Below are positions 17,340 through 27,688 of a DNA stretch of 42,968 nt, piece by piece; within the stretch, counting starts at the first letter, position 1; the number at the start of each line of letters is the position of its first letter. Position numbers and translations under genes: made by a program. Origin of the DNA: a virus (taxonomy: Duplodnaviria; Caudoviricetes); the IMG/VR virus record IMGVR_UViG_3300004213_000014, positions 1 to 42,968 of that record; one strand, given 5' to 3'. A model generated the notes under the pieces. It made no database searches, was not told the origin of the DNA, and saw only the letters and a program-made list of their open reading frames with translations.

Positions 17340-17853
17340 GGTACGGCTCGATCAATTCGAGGAAACGGTGCTTGTCGGCGTCGGGCACGAGGCTCTCGAC
17401 GATGCCGAGGATCACGGTCTGGAAATCGCTCATGCGCTTCACGTTGAAGTGGCGTTCCTGCATCTTGAGCAGCTGCTCATTGAGCGACGCCTTGACCTTC
17501 ACGATCTGGATGCGCTCGGACGTCTCCAGCTTCTCGTCCTCGCCGGTGCCCATGTCGTTGAGCTGCTTGAGCAGCGCCGCAATGTTCTCGCGGACCTTGT
17601 CCATATCCTCTTCGGACAGAGCGATGTCCTTGGTCGGACGACCGCGCTTGGCCGGGCCGGCAGTGGCCGGCACCTCGACCTTCACCTCCTTCTCGATGAT
17701 CTTCGGCTCGAACAGCTTGGCCAGCACGCGCTTGGCCTCGTTGTCATAGGGAGAAGCGTCGAGGAAGTCGGGGTCGAGGTCGACCCGCTCCTTCAGATCG
17801 GCGAGGGACGCGAGCACTCCGGCTCGCAGCGGAGGAAAGGTGAAGTCGGTCAT
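17332..17853 (-). CDS. helical protein with KRGRP motif; possible terminase small subunit/DNA-binding protein
   Basis: Divergent from terL; coiled-coil C-half. Function inferred from position only. Confidence 0.5.
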   Translation of the reverse strand: MTDFTFPPLRAGVLASLADLKERVDLDPDFLDASPYDNEAKRVLAKLFEPKIIEKEVKVEVPATAGPAKRGRPTKDIALSEEDMDKVRENIAALLKQLNDMGTGEDEKLETSERIQIVKVKASLNEQLLKMQERHFNVKRMSDFQTVILGIVESLVPDADKHRFLELIEPYRE

Positions 17854-17986
17854 GGATTACCTAGACCAGTTCTTTCGATTTGGCTCAATCCGTTTTTGCC
17901 CAAGTTACCCGGTAACTTATCGCCACCGGCTTGGTGGAGCTGCAACCGCTTGAGTTCTGGGATCGCGCCAGTCATGCCCGCGTGCA

Positions 17987-19726
17987 ATGTTCGAAGACCT
18001 GTATCAGGCCGCCAAGCTGCGCTTTGGCTCTGGCGCGTCCACGCAGTCGATGGGCGACTGGATTTGCGCGAACACCACGATCAAGAAGCGCCCGTTCTCC
18101 TATGAGGGCTACCGCTTTCAGGAGGCGATCGCCTCCGACATGCACCCCGATCTCGTCTGCAAGAAGTGCTCGCAGATCGGCCTGACGGAGGTGCAGCTGC
18201 GCAAGTTCCTCGCGATCCTCGCGCGCCACACCGCGATCAACGGCATCTTCTCGCTCCCGAACGAGAAGATGTTCACCAAGGTCTACAACGGCCGTCTGAA
18301 ACCGATCCTCGAAGCGGACGACGTGTTCAATCCGCCGAACCTCAACGGCTCCAAGCCGACGCGGTCGAAGGACCAGATCCAGATCCGCGACAGCTTCGGC
18401 TACATGACCGCCTGCACCGAGGGCGACGCGACCTCGATCACCGCCGACTTCCTGTTTCACGACGAGCTGGACCTCAGCCCACAGGAAATCATCGCGTTGT
18501 ACCAGTCGCGTCTGCAGAATTCGGACATGAAGATGACGCAGGCGTTCTCGACGCCGACGTTCGTGAATTACGGCATCGACAAGAAGTACCGCCTGACCGA
18601 CCAGCGCGAGTACATCATCAAGTGCGAGGCCTGCAATCATCACCAGATCCCGCGTTTCACGCCAGATTTCGTGGTGCTTAAGTACATGCCCGAGGTCGAT
18701 GACTTCATGAAGATGTCGGCACAGGACGTGGCCAGCCTCGACCTCGAAGGCGCGCACATCGCGTGCGAGAAGTGCCGCCGGCCGCTGAACCTCGGCGACT
18801 GGGAGCGGCGTGAATGGGTCGCGACCTACTCCATGCGCACAGCCTTCCGTGGCTATCAGGTCCGGCCGTTCTCGACCTCGCGCCTGAAGCCGGCTTACGT
18901 CTTCAGCCAGCTGGGCAAGTACCTCGCCGAGGGCTACCCGCGGCGCTTCGCCAATACCGTGCTTGGCGAGGAGTTCACCTCCGAAGATGCGCAGGTGCAG
19001 GATGCCGACATCGACGCCGCGATGGCGAAGGGCGAGGCTGGCATCCCGACGATCGGCAAAGACATGCCGGTCTACCTCGGGGTAGACGTCGGCTTCACCT
19101 GCCACATCACGCTGTCAATCGACGACGCAAATGGCCTGCCCCACTTCATCCTGTTCGAGACGGTGCCGGCCGCGCAGCTGGAGAAGCGGATCGAAGACCT
19201 GCGCAAGATCTACACGATCGTGCAGGGCGCGGTCGATCGCTTCCCGTACACGCCGCAGGCCGACGCGCTGCGCGACACGACCAACGGCCTCGTCGTTCCG
19301 ATCCAGTATCGCGGCAGTCAGGCGCTGATGCCGAATTTCGAGGGCGATACCAAGATTCTGTCGCACTACAGCGCGAGCCGGACCTCGATCCTCGATCGCC
19401 TCCTCTGGATGTTTAGCCACAAGGCCATCGGCCTGTCCGGCTATACGAACCAGAAGGAGGTGCTGAAGATCCATCTCAAGGACATGGTGCGCGACGAGCA
19501 ATCGCCGGACGTCGAAGCCGAGTGGAAGAAGACCACAGGCAACGACCACTATTTCCACTCGATGGCCTTGAACCTGCTCGCCCGTCGTGTTTGCGAGCAC
19601 ATGTACCTGCACCAGACCGCCGAGCTTGCGACCACGTCGACGCTGCTCGGCACGGCGTGGGGTGGCATTCACAACCTTGGCCCGACCTCGCTGAAGGGCC
19701 TCCAACGACTTTCGAGGCTCGGCTGA
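17987..19726 (+). CDS. terL: terminase large subunit, GpA-like
   Basis: KKCSQIGLTE, LFHDELD Walker B, FSTPT, CxxC Zn pairs, LGVDVG nuclease motif and NDHYFHS. Confidence 0.92.
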   Translation: MFEDLYQAAKLRFGSGASTQSMGDWICANTTIKKRPFSYEGYRFQEAIASDMHPDLVCKKCSQIGLTEVQLRKFLAILARHTAINGIFSLPNEKMFTKVYNGRLKPILEADDVFNPPNLNGSKPTRSKDQIQIRDSFGYMTACTEGDATSITADFLFHDELDLSPQEIIALYQSRLQNSDMKMTQAFSTPTFVNYGIDKKYRLTDQREYIIKCEACNHHQIPRFTPDFVVLKYMPEVDDFMKMSAQDVASLDLEGAHIACEKCRRPLNLGDWERREWVATYSMRTAFRGYQVRPFSTSRLKPAYVFSQLGKYLAEGYPRRFANTVLGEEFTSEDAQVQDADIDAAMAKGEAGIPTIGKDMPVYLGVDVGFTCHITLSIDDANGLPHFILFETVPAAQLEKRIEDLRKIYTIVQGAVDRFPYTPQADALRDTTNGLVVPIQYRGSQALMPNFEGDTKILSHYSASRTSILDRLLWMFSHKAIGLSGYTNQKEVLKIHLKDMVRDEQSPDVEAEWKKTTGNDHYFHSMALNLLARRVCEHMYLHQTAELATTSTLLGTAWGGIHNLGPTSLKGLQRLSRLG

Positions 19727-21231
19727 TGGCAGGTATTCTTGACGGACTGGGACAGGTTCTTCTCCCCAAGGGCAAGGGGCAGAAGGGTGGCCGCGGCTTC
19801 ACGCCGACGTTCAACCCGCAGACGCCCACGATCACCGCGCCGCTCTATCGCGAGCATCTGACCGATCTGTATTCGAGCCGGGTGTCGAACGATGCGCGCG
19901 CACTGATCGCGACGCTGTGCAACCAAGACCCCGACATGTCGGCGTCGATCCACGCCTTCCTTACGATCGCCGAGAGCGTCGACCCGGTGGTCTATGCCTA
20001 CAACGAGAACGACGAGATCGACGTCGATGGCATCGCGATGGGCCAGCAGCTGCTCGCGCTGCTGACCACGACCAACGACTACACGCTGGGCTATTCCGCC
20101 AAGCCGACGGTTGATGCGCTGTGCAACGAGCACCGGTACATGATCCTGCTCCGGGGCATGACCTCGTGCGAGCTGGTGCTGGACAAGACCTACGTGCCAA
20201 CCGAGCTGCGCACGATCGACCCGGCGACGCTGGAATGGGCCGAGACGGCGAGCGGCGTGTTCAAGCCGACGCAGAAGCCGACTGGTTCGAACACGACGAT
20301 CGACCTGAACATTCCCACGTTCTTCACGTCGTATTTTCACCAGTCGCCGCTGTCGGTCTACAGCTACTCGCCATTCGTGTCCGCGATCAACACGATCGCC
20401 GCGCGCACCGCGGTCATCAATGACCTGTACCGGATCATGCAGATCGTCGGCTACCCGCGCCTTGATATTCGGGTGCTGGAAGACGTGCTCGTGTCGAACG
20501 CGCCGCCGGCCTTCCGCACCGATCAGACCAAGATCCGGGCCCACGTCGAGGCTGAGCTTCAGCGGGTGCGCGGTGCGATCTCGCAGCTGGGCAGCGCCGA
20601 TGCGTTCGTCCACTCGAACGCGATCGAGGCGAAGATCCTCAACGAGAAGAACCCAGCCGCCGGCCTGCAGATTACCGACGTGATCGAGGTGCTGAATGCC
20701 CAGAACCAGGCCGCCTTCAAGGTGATGCCCTCGGTGGTCGGCCGCGGCAGCAACGGTCAGGTCGCTTCGACCGAAGCGCGCCTGTTCGCGCTGTCAGCGG
20801 ACGCGCTGAACCGCACCGTCGCCGGTCTGTTCACCAAGTCCTTCACGCTCGCCGCCCGGCTCGCCGGCTACGCGGGCCGGATCGAGGTGGTCTTCCCGCC
20901 CGTCGAGCTGCGCCCGGCGCTGGAGCTGGAGCCGCAGCGCACGATGAAGTCGTCGCGCCTGAAGGGCGACCTGAGCCTCGGCCTCATCACCGACATCGAA
21001 TATTCGATGGAAATGTACGGTCGTCCGCCGCTTCCCGGCGCGCCGCCGCTGTCCGGCACGAACTTCATGCCGAGCACCAACGTGCAGGTCGAGGCCGCGA
21101 CGGTCAGCGCCGAGAACGACAGCCTCGGCCGCGGCCTCTCCGGCGAGGGCGGTAACGGCGTCGCCAAGGACAACGCAGCCAAGGGCGGTGGCGGCGGCGC
21201 AGCCAGTCCCTCGTCGCGGACGGCACGCTAA
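19726..21231 (+). CDS. portal protein
   Basis: 501 aa, TGATG-coupled to terL. Size and position fit a portal. Confidence 0.8.
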   Translation: MAGILDGLGQVLLPKGKGQKGGRGFTPTFNPQTPTITAPLYREHLTDLYSSRVSNDARALIATLCNQDPDMSASIHAFLTIAESVDPVVYAYNENDEIDVDGIAMGQQLLALLTTTNDYTLGYSAKPTVDALCNEHRYMILLRGMTSCELVLDKTYVPTELRTIDPATLEWAETASGVFKPTQKPTGSNTTIDLNIPTFFTSYFHQSPLSVYSYSPFVSAINTIAARTAVINDLYRIMQIVGYPRLDIRVLEDVLVSNAPPAFRTDQTKIRAHVEAELQRVRGAISQLGSADAFVHSNAIEAKILNEKNPAAGLQITDVIEVLNAQNQAAFKVMPSVVGRGSNGQVASTEARLFALSADALNRTVAGLFTKSFTLAARLAGYAGRIEVVFPPVELRPALELEPQRTMKSSRLKGDLSLGLITDIEYSMEMYGRPPLPGAPPLSGTNFMPSTNVQVEAATVSAENDSLGRGLSGEGGNGVAKDNAAKGGGGGAASPSSRTAR

Positions 21232-21266
21232 TTGACAGTTTCCAATGACCGTGCGATCGAGAGCAA

Positions 21267-21845
21267 ATGGAAGAAACTGCTCTCGATCGCCGCCGTCGTC
21301 TCGCTCGCGAGAAGCAAGCCCGATATGTAGCCAAGCACCCTGACAGGGTGAAGAAGACACAGGCGGAATATTACGAGCGCAATCGTGAAGCGCGCCAAGC
21401 CGCGGCTCGTGAAGCGGCCAAGACGCGCGAATGGACGCCCGAGCGAAACGCATGGCAGAACGCGCATCGAGCAAAGAACCGCGAGGCGCAGCGGAGCTAT
21501 AATCGGGAGTACAAAGCCAAACGTCGGAAGGAAGACCCGCAGTTCGCAATAGCCGAACGGCTTCGCACCCGCCTTTGCCAAGTGCGTCCCGGTGCACCGG
21601 GTTCGGCTGTTCGCGATCTCGGTTGCAGTTTGTCCGAACTGATTGAGCATCTGGAGCGGCAATTTCAGCCGGGCATGACTTGGGACAACCGCGGCGCCTG
21701 GCACATTGACCACCGCCGGCCGCTTGCGTCCTTTGATCTTCTCGATCGAGTGCAGCTTTTGCAAGCCTGCCACTATACCAATCTCCAGCCGCTGTGGGCT
21801 TTCGATAACCTGTCGAAAGGCAGCAAAATGGTGGTCAGCGGTTGA
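21267..21845 (+). CDS. HNH endonuclease
   Basis: LGCS...GMTWDNRGAWHIDHRRPLASFDL...CHYTNLQPLWAFDNLSKG. TTGACA at 21232. Confidence 0.88.
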   Translation: MEETALDRRRRLAREKQARYVAKHPDRVKKTQAEYYERNREARQAAAREAAKTREWTPERNAWQNAHRAKNREAQRSYNREYKAKRRKEDPQFAIAERLRTRLCQVRPGAPGSAVRDLGCSLSELIEHLERQFQPGMTWDNRGAWHIDHRRPLASFDLLDRVQLLQACHYTNLQPLWAFDNLSKGSKMVVSG

Positions 21846-21905
21846 GCCGCTTATCCTAGACCTCGAACGGCTGGTGAAGGCAAGGGCGGGTCAAGGAGAA
21901 GTCCG

Positions 21906-23066
21906 ATTAAGCAGCTGACGATGACCCCGGCCCTTGAGGCCATGATCCGCGCCGCGGTCGGCGAGGACGTCGACACGACCGGCATGGCCGTGTTCGAGGT
22001 CATCGCGCTCAACACCCTCCCGCTGCCCGGTAAGGACGGCACCATCTTCGAGAAGGCGGTCACCATGCCGCTGACGCTGAAGGAGATGATGGACTCGATC
22101 AACGGCGGGAAGCACATCCCCTTGATCGCCGATCACGAGATGTGGGGCGCGCCCAAGGGCCGCGCCTTCCACGCCGGCCTCGATTATGAGGGCGGCGCGA
22201 TGTCGCTCCGCATGCTGTTCTATCTCGACAGCACCGAGGCAACGCTCATCACCAAGCTCAACGCAGGATCGCTCGACGAAGTGTCGGTCGCATTCCTGTC
22301 GCGCGAGTTCACCTGCTCGGAATGCGGCTGGGATTATTTCTCGTTCGGCGCGCAGGAAAACATCTGGAACCGGACGTGCGGCAATGGCCACGTCATCGGC
22401 CAGAACGGCGTCCACGCCGAAATGACCGGCCTCGATAAGTTCATCGAGCTGTCGTTGGTGGCCCGTGGTGCAGCGGATACCCCTAAGATTGTCGGGAAAT
22501 CCGAGGCAAAGCTCGCGCCCGAAGATGCCCTTCGCCTCGCGGCGAGCGGGTTCACCGAACCAAACGCTCTGGTCGTCCAGGCGTCACGAGGGAAAGATAC
22601 GATGGATCTCACTGCTGCCCTGACCCAGATCAGCACCCTGTCGACCGACAAGGGCACGCTGACCGCCAATCTCGCAACGGTGACCGGCGAGCGCGACACC
22701 GCGCGCAACGACCTCGCGACCCGCACGACCGAGCTGGCGACCGCCAATGCCTCGATCGCGACGCTGACGACCGAGCGTGACAATGCCCTGTCGGCGAACG
22801 GCAATGCGGTGACCGAGGCCACCGAGGCCAAGGCGCTGCTGGGCGAGCAGCTCGACGCGCTCTGCGTCGCGCTGGGCGAGGCGAAGCTGGAGGGCGACAA
22901 GCGCCCGACCACGATCGCCGCGTTCAAGACCGAGATCGAGGCGCGCACGGGCAAGCTGACCGCGATCCTGCCGACCGGCGGGCGCGGCCAGGGTGCCGGG
23001 GGCACCGGCGACGAGACGAAGGCGACTCTGACGGCGAACCCGTCCGCGTTCGCCCTCCGCAAGTAA
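21906..23066 (+). CDS. prohead protease with C-terminal scaffold (possible ATT start at 21906; first ATG 21921)
   Basis: PLIADH, DEVSVAF and ELSLVARGA (HK97-type protease), followed by a coiled-coil tail. Confidence 0.82.
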   Translation: MKQLTMTPALEAMIRAAVGEDVDTTGMAVFEVIALNTLPLPGKDGTIFEKAVTMPLTLKEMMDSINGGKHIPLIADHEMWGAPKGRAFHAGLDYEGGAMSLRMLFYLDSTEATLITKLNAGSLDEVSVAFLSREFTCSECGWDYFSFGAQENIWNRTCGNGHVIGQNGVHAEMTGLDKFIELSLVARGAADTPKIVGKSEAKLAPEDALRLAASGFTEPNALVVQASRGKDTMDLTAALTQISTLSTDKGTLTANLATVTGERDTARNDLATRTTELATANASIATLTTERDNALSANGNAVTEATEAKALLGEQLDALCVALGEAKLEGDKRPTTIAAFKTEIEARTGKLTAILPTGGRGQGAGGTGDETKATLTANPSAFALRK

Positions 23067-23081
23067 CGGAAGGAAGAACAC

Positions 23082-23495
23082 ATGGCTTACACCCCCAACG
23101 GTGTCGTCTCGTACGGTTTCCCCCTCGACGACGACACGTTCACCTACCTCATCACGGGCCTCGCCCAGACCGATGACGCCGCGGCGTCGGCGGCCGGCAA
23201 GGCGGTGACGCAGGACAAGACCAAGGCCGCGGCTGTCAAGCTGGCGGGCGACGGCGACGAGATCTTCGGCCGCGTCTTCCAGGCCGAGAACCGCGCCGTG
23301 CAGGGCTTCATGACCGCCGCGGTGCAGCGCCGGTTCAAGGAGAAGCTGCCGGCCGCTGCCGGACACGGCATCGCGCTGGGCGACTCGGTCGTCGGTGCGG
23401 GCGCGGGTCTGGTCAAGAAGGCCGATGCCGGCGCGGGCCTCCGCACGGTGGTGGTCGAAGTTTTCAACGACGCGGTCGTGGTCGAGCGGCTTTAA
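23082..23495 (+). CDS. capsid decoration protein
   Basis: 137-aa Ala/Gly-rich protein between protease and MCP; VKLAGDGDEIFG. Confidence 0.7.
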   Translation: MAYTPNGVVSYGFPLDDDTFTYLITGLAQTDDAAASAAGKAVTQDKTKAAAVKLAGDGDEIFGRVFQAENRAVQGFMTAAVQRRFKEKLPAAAGHGIALGDSVVGAGAGLVKKADAGAGLRTVVVEVFNDAVVVERL

Positions 23496-23534
23496 GCCGC
23501 TCGACATCGAAATCTCAGAAGGGAATAAACTCAG

Positions 23535-24719
23535 ATGTCCGATCTTCTCGCCATTCTGGCCGGTGCCAAGCCCGCCAACGAGGTTCTCGCCGGTCTTCGT
23601 GACGAGAACATGCAGGCCAGCCTTGCCGCTGGCCAGAAGCTGGTGCAGCAGGCGAAGACCGCTAAGCTGTCCATGCCCGATTATCTTCGTCTGGCGGTCA
23701 AGCCCGACGGCGAGATGAAGCTGGACGGCTTCGAGTGCGCGCTCGCGTATCTGAACCTGCCCATCCGCGAGGACTTCTCCTCGGGTGTCCTGCTGCAGGC
23801 CGCCGCCGAGACGTTCACCACGTTCCCTGGCACGCGCGCCCTGTTCCCGCAGGTCGTCGACAACATCCTGCAGTGGAAGTACCGCCAGGATCAGATCGAG
23901 AACGTCGCCGGCCTCGTGTCGCAGTCGCGCACGGTCAACGGCGTTGAGGTCATCACCCAGGTGGTCGACGACAAGCCGGAGGACTACCAGCAGACCGGCG
24001 TCATCAACGAGGGTGCCCGCATCCCGATCCGCTCGCTGCGCACCAGCGAGAAGAACGTCAAGTTCTACAAGTTCGGCGGTGGCATCGAGTTCACCTATGA
24101 GTTCGAGCGTCGGGCGAGCCTGGACCTCATCACGCCGTATGCCGCGCGCATGCAGCGCGAGGTCGAGATCGGCCAGACGGCGATCGCGACCGCGATGCTG
24201 CTGAACGGCGACGGCGTGAACGGTGCAGCCCCGGTGGTCGACGCCACCGATCTGGCCGCGGCGATCCCCGGCGGTCCGACCCCGGAAGCGGGCCGGATCA
24301 ACTGGGAGATCTTCCTGAAGTGGCTGGTGTCGATGGCCCAGAAGGGCACGCCGATCGACACGATCACCGGCAACTACGACATGTACTTCGAGTGGGTGCG
24401 CATGTTCGCGACGCCGAATGCGTCGCTGGGCGGCAAGACCCAGATGGAAGTGCTGCAGGCCGCCGGTGTCAGCGTCGCGCTCCAGAACCCGCGCTTCGAC
24501 CTGAACGTGAACTTCGCGCTCAGCTCGACGGCCCCCGAGGCCAAGCTGATTGGCTTCATCAAGTCCGAAACGCTGGAAGAGCTGGTCGAGAACGGCTCCG
24601 ACATCGAGGAGTCGGTCCGCGCGATCGAGAACCAGAAGGTCCGGTACGTGAAGACCACGAACCGCGGCTACCGCCTGATCTTCAACGACACGCGGTCGGT
24701 GCTCAACCTCGACGCCTAA
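23535..24719 (+). CDS. major capsid protein
   Basis: 394 aa with HK97-like EGARIP...KFGGGIEFTYE. Highly biased codons. Followed by a hairpin. Confidence 0.88.
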   Translation: MSDLLAILAGAKPANEVLAGLRDENMQASLAAGQKLVQQAKTAKLSMPDYLRLAVKPDGEMKLDGFECALAYLNLPIREDFSSGVLLQAAAETFTTFPGTRALFPQVVDNILQWKYRQDQIENVAGLVSQSRTVNGVEVITQVVDDKPEDYQQTGVINEGARIPIRSLRTSEKNVKFYKFGGGIEFTYEFERRASLDLITPYAARMQREVEIGQTAIATAMLLNGDGVNGAAPVVDATDLAAAIPGGPTPEAGRINWEIFLKWLVSMAQKGTPIDTITGNYDMYFEWVRMFATPNASLGGKTQMEVLQAAGVSVALQNPRFDLNVNFALSSTAPEAKLIGFIKSETLEELVENGSDIEESVRAIENQKVRYVKTTNRGYRLIFNDTRSVLNLDA

Positions 24720-24743
24720 CAGCGTCGCACCGCCAAGGTGAAG

Positions 24744-24774
24744 GAAGGGCGCAGTTGACAAAACTGCGCCCTTC
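24744..24774 (+). terminator. stem-loop after MCP (13-bp stem; weak U-tract; TTGACA overlapping loop)
   Basis: GAAGGGCGCAGTT-GACAA-AACTGCGCCCTTC. Confidence 0.6.
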
Positions 24775-24836
24775 TCGCATCTGGCGTCAGGACCAAGCCG
24801 ACGTACATCAAACCGGAACCCGCTGAAGAACGCGGG

Positions 24837-25178
24837 ATGTGCCAGAAGTGCTTCGTAAAACCGCAGTCGAAGCGCGATCGACGAACCTACCGGCCGCTTT
24901 GCTACGGCTGTCATACACGCCGACACGGCCTGCGGACCTCAGCCATAAAGAGCCGGCCCTACACGTCCGCGAAGGAGGACAAGTGCCGCCGGTGCGGCTT
25001 CGTTCCCGAGCATTCATGCCAGCTGGACGTCGATCATATCGACGAAGATCACAGCAATAACGACCCGGCCAACCTCCAAACCCTGTGCGCCAACTGCCAT
25101 CGTTTGAAGACCCGAGCAGCTCATCTGAAACAACCGATGTCACCACTGCCCACCGCTCTTCCCATTGATGGTCATTAG
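24837..25178 (+). CDS. HNH endonuclease
   Basis: CRRCG...LDVDHIDEDHSNNDPANLQTLCANCHRLKT. Confidence 0.88.
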   Translation: MCQKCFVKPQSKRDRRTYRPLCYGCHTRRHGLRTSAIKSRPYTSAKEDKCRRCGFVPEHSCQLDVDHIDEDHSNNDPANLQTLCANCHRLKTRAAHLKQPMSPLPTALPIDGH

Positions 25179-25208
25179 CGGTTATGACCTCGTGAAAGGA
25201 GAACGCCT

Positions 25209-25562
25209 ATGGCTAAGTCGCCGCACACTCGCACCCCAGCTGGGGCGCGCACGCCGCCCCCGGCCGAGGTCGCCAACCCCACCCCACAGGTCGGTAGCAC
25301 GCCGGAAACGCCGGCCGTTCCCGAGCCTGCTCCCGCGCCGCCGATCGAGTTCGAGCCGCCGCCCGCGATGGTGGCCAGCGAGCCGGCCCCCGGTGCCGAG
25401 ATGATTACCGTCGAGACGACCGGCAGCTTCATGCTGCAAGACCCCGGCAATCTGCAGGTGGTCCCGCACAACCGGTCCAAGTCGATGGAGAAGACTCCCT
25501 TCATCGAGACGGCGATTGACGACGGTCGTCTGACGACCAAGATCACCAAGAAGGCTGACTGA
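25209..25562 (+). CDS. Pro-rich hypothetical virion-associated protein
   Basis: AAGGAG RBS; coupled to the next gene. Confidence 0.7.
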   Translation: MAKSPHTRTPAGARTPPPAEVANPTPQVGSTPETPAVPEPAPAPPIEFEPPPAMVASEPAPGAEMITVETTGSFMLQDPGNLQVVPHNRSKSMEKTPFIETAIDDGRLTTKITKKAD

Positions 25563-26263
25563 TGATCGTTCGCGCCGGCACGGCAGTCACGTTCCCCATC
25601 CTGTTCTCCATTGGAAAGCCGGACGGGAACGTCGACTACAAGATCTATGACCCATCGGGCCTCGTGCTCGGCAGCGGGCAGATCGTCGTGCCGGCCGATG
25701 CCGTTTCCGTCCTCCTGCAGGTGGACGCGAACAAGAACCTGCTCGCAGCCGGCGCGCTTCTTTCCTATCGCGACGTCGAGTGGAGCTACGTGGTTGGCGG
25801 GCAGGTACAGAACGGGGAGGCGCGCTACACCGTGGAGGCGCGCCTACCATTCGGCGTCAGCGCCGACGGCGTACGAGCGAAGCTCGGCGTCGACAAGACC
25901 GATCTTCCCGACAGCGACATCAGCCTCGCCAAGGCGTTCCTCGCATTCCGCGACGTGGTGACGCCCGAGGCGCTGGCGACCGTCGCGACCGACGACGTCG
26001 CGGTGACCGAGGCGATCGAAGCGCAGGCCGCTCTCGCCCTGATCCCGACGATGGCCGTGCGCGTGGCGACCAAGGAGTCGAGCGGCACCAACCAGTTTCA
26101 GCGGCAGGCGATCGACTGGGACACCGTCGCCACCTATCTGCAAAGCATCATCAGCGCGGGCTACCTGACGGTGGTGCCGACCTATGACGAGACGGCCAGC
26201 TTTGGCTCGCTGCTGCTCGTCGTCACGCCAGCGGTTGACGCGATTACGGGAGCCAGCAGTTAA
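25562..26263 (+). CDS. putative head-tail adaptor
   Basis: Position after MCP; translationally coupled. Confidence 0.55.
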   Translation: MIVRAGTAVTFPILFSIGKPDGNVDYKIYDPSGLVLGSGQIVVPADAVSVLLQVDANKNLLAAGALLSYRDVEWSYVVGGQVQNGEARYTVEARLPFGVSADGVRAKLGVDKTDLPDSDISLAKAFLAFRDVVTPEALATVATDDVAVTEAIEAQAALALIPTMAVRVATKESSGTNQFQRQAIDWDTVATYLQSIISAGYLTVVPTYDETASFGSLLLVVTPAVDAITGASS

Positions 26264-26712
26264 TGTCGAACACGATCATCGCGCCGCTGTTCAAATCGAT
26301 CCTTCGATACACCAGCGAAACGATCGAGGAGATCAACGCGGCCGGCGTCTACCCCGAGGTGCGCTATCACGATTGGGAGAGCCGCGGCGACGAGGACAAG
26401 CTGCCGCGCTGCACGCTGATCGGCGTTGAAGCGTTCGGTTTTCACGAGAACCGCGGCCTCTGGGACATCCGGTTCGGCCTCGGCGTGTCGAGCTATCGTG
26501 ACGCGAACCTGCTCGATGAGATCGAGCTGATCGACTTTCTGCACACGCGCTTCGGCGAGGGCCGGAAAGTGCCGCTGTACGCGGTCAGCGGCGACAACGC
26601 TGAGCAGATCTCCGAGTTGGTATCGACCGATTTCCAGTCGCTGCCGATGTCCCAGTCGAGCTATCGGAATTACCGCGAGATCGGCATCGAGCTGAAGCGC
26701 ACGGGCACCTGA
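26263..26712 (+). CDS. putative tail terminator/neck protein
   Basis: 149-aa acidic protein; position fits. Confidence 0.5.
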   Translation: MSNTIIAPLFKSILRYTSETIEEINAAGVYPEVRYHDWESRGDEDKLPRCTLIGVEAFGFHENRGLWDIRFGLGVSSYRDANLLDEIELIDFLHTRFGEGRKVPLYAVSGDNAEQISELVSTDFQSLPMSQSSYRNYREIGIELKRTGT

Positions 26713-26713
26713 C

Positions 26714-27688
26714 ATGACGATGCGCATCCGTTTCGTTGCCAGCCGGTCACCTGTGGTGCGCGATAAGAAGATCATTGGCTCGGTCACTGAAGTGGCACAA
26801 CAGTCCACGCGCAGTCTTGCGGCGGCGATCGCCAACGATCTTGCTTTCAGCGCCGCAGACAACATGTTCCGCAACGTCAAGAACGAGATCGCTGCTTCCT
26901 TCCAAAAGGATGCCAAACAGGAGCTGACGCACCTCGCCGCGCTGTACCGCCGGCACGTCATCGGCGCGGGCGCGGGGAAGCGCCGCCCTTCCGGCATGCT
27001 TAGCTACGCACTCGGCCCGTCCGACACCGGCGTCGGCGACGACGACAACGAGGTCGCGATCGCCGAGAGCCTACCGGACTGGGCACCGCGCAGCCCGCGC
27101 TACCTCGCGCGCAAGAAACGGATGGGCTGGTCACAGACGTGGTTCTCGGCGCGCGGCGACCTCGCGCGCGAGATGCGCGCCGACGTGCTGCTGTCCGCCT
27201 ATGGTCCGGTTCGCGTCAGCGTGGTCCGCAACGTCGAGGCGACCAACGCGCTCGGCGGCACGCGCGTCAGCGGCCGGTTTACCGGCGCGCGCCTCGATAC
27301 CTTCGGCCCGAACGCCGGACCGGCAAAGAGCGCCGCGCCTGCGGACGTCGCCGCCAGTCACATCCGACTGCAGGTTGCGACGATCCGCGTGTTCGCCATG
27401 CAGCAGATCACACCGTCGATGCTGCCGGCGCTGGCCACCGGCAATCCAGCGACCCAGAACGACGACAGCGCCTCGCGTGGCACGCGCTTCATCGAGCCGC
27501 TGCGCAGCGTGTCGCCGACGCTCGCCTACCGGCTCGGCCGCCTGTCGTGGCAGACCGGCCGTTACCGCCCGACGCTGGAGCCGTTCCTCGCGTGGTATCT
27601 GACGCGCGCCATCCCGAACGCGCTGGCTCTGCGCATCGAACAGGGCGCGATCCGCCGCGCGCGCCGGCTCAACGTCGTCAGGCGCTGA
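26714..27688 (+). CDS. putative tail completion/neck protein
   Basis: WAPRSPRYLARK motif typical of virion morphogenesis proteins. Confidence 0.5.
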   Translation: MTMRIRFVASRSPVVRDKKIIGSVTEVAQQSTRSLAAAIANDLAFSAADNMFRNVKNEIAASFQKDAKQELTHLAALYRRHVIGAGAGKRRPSGMLSYALGPSDTGVGDDDNEVAIAESLPDWAPRSPRYLARKKRMGWSQTWFSARGDLAREMRADVLLSAYGPVRVSVVRNVEATNALGGTRVSGRFTGARLDTFGPNAGPAKSAAPADVAASHIRLQVATIRVFAMQQITPSMLPALATGNPATQNDDSASRGTRFIEPLRSVSPTLAYRLGRLSWQTGRYRPTLEPFLAWYLTRAIPNALALRIEQGAIRRARRLNVVRR

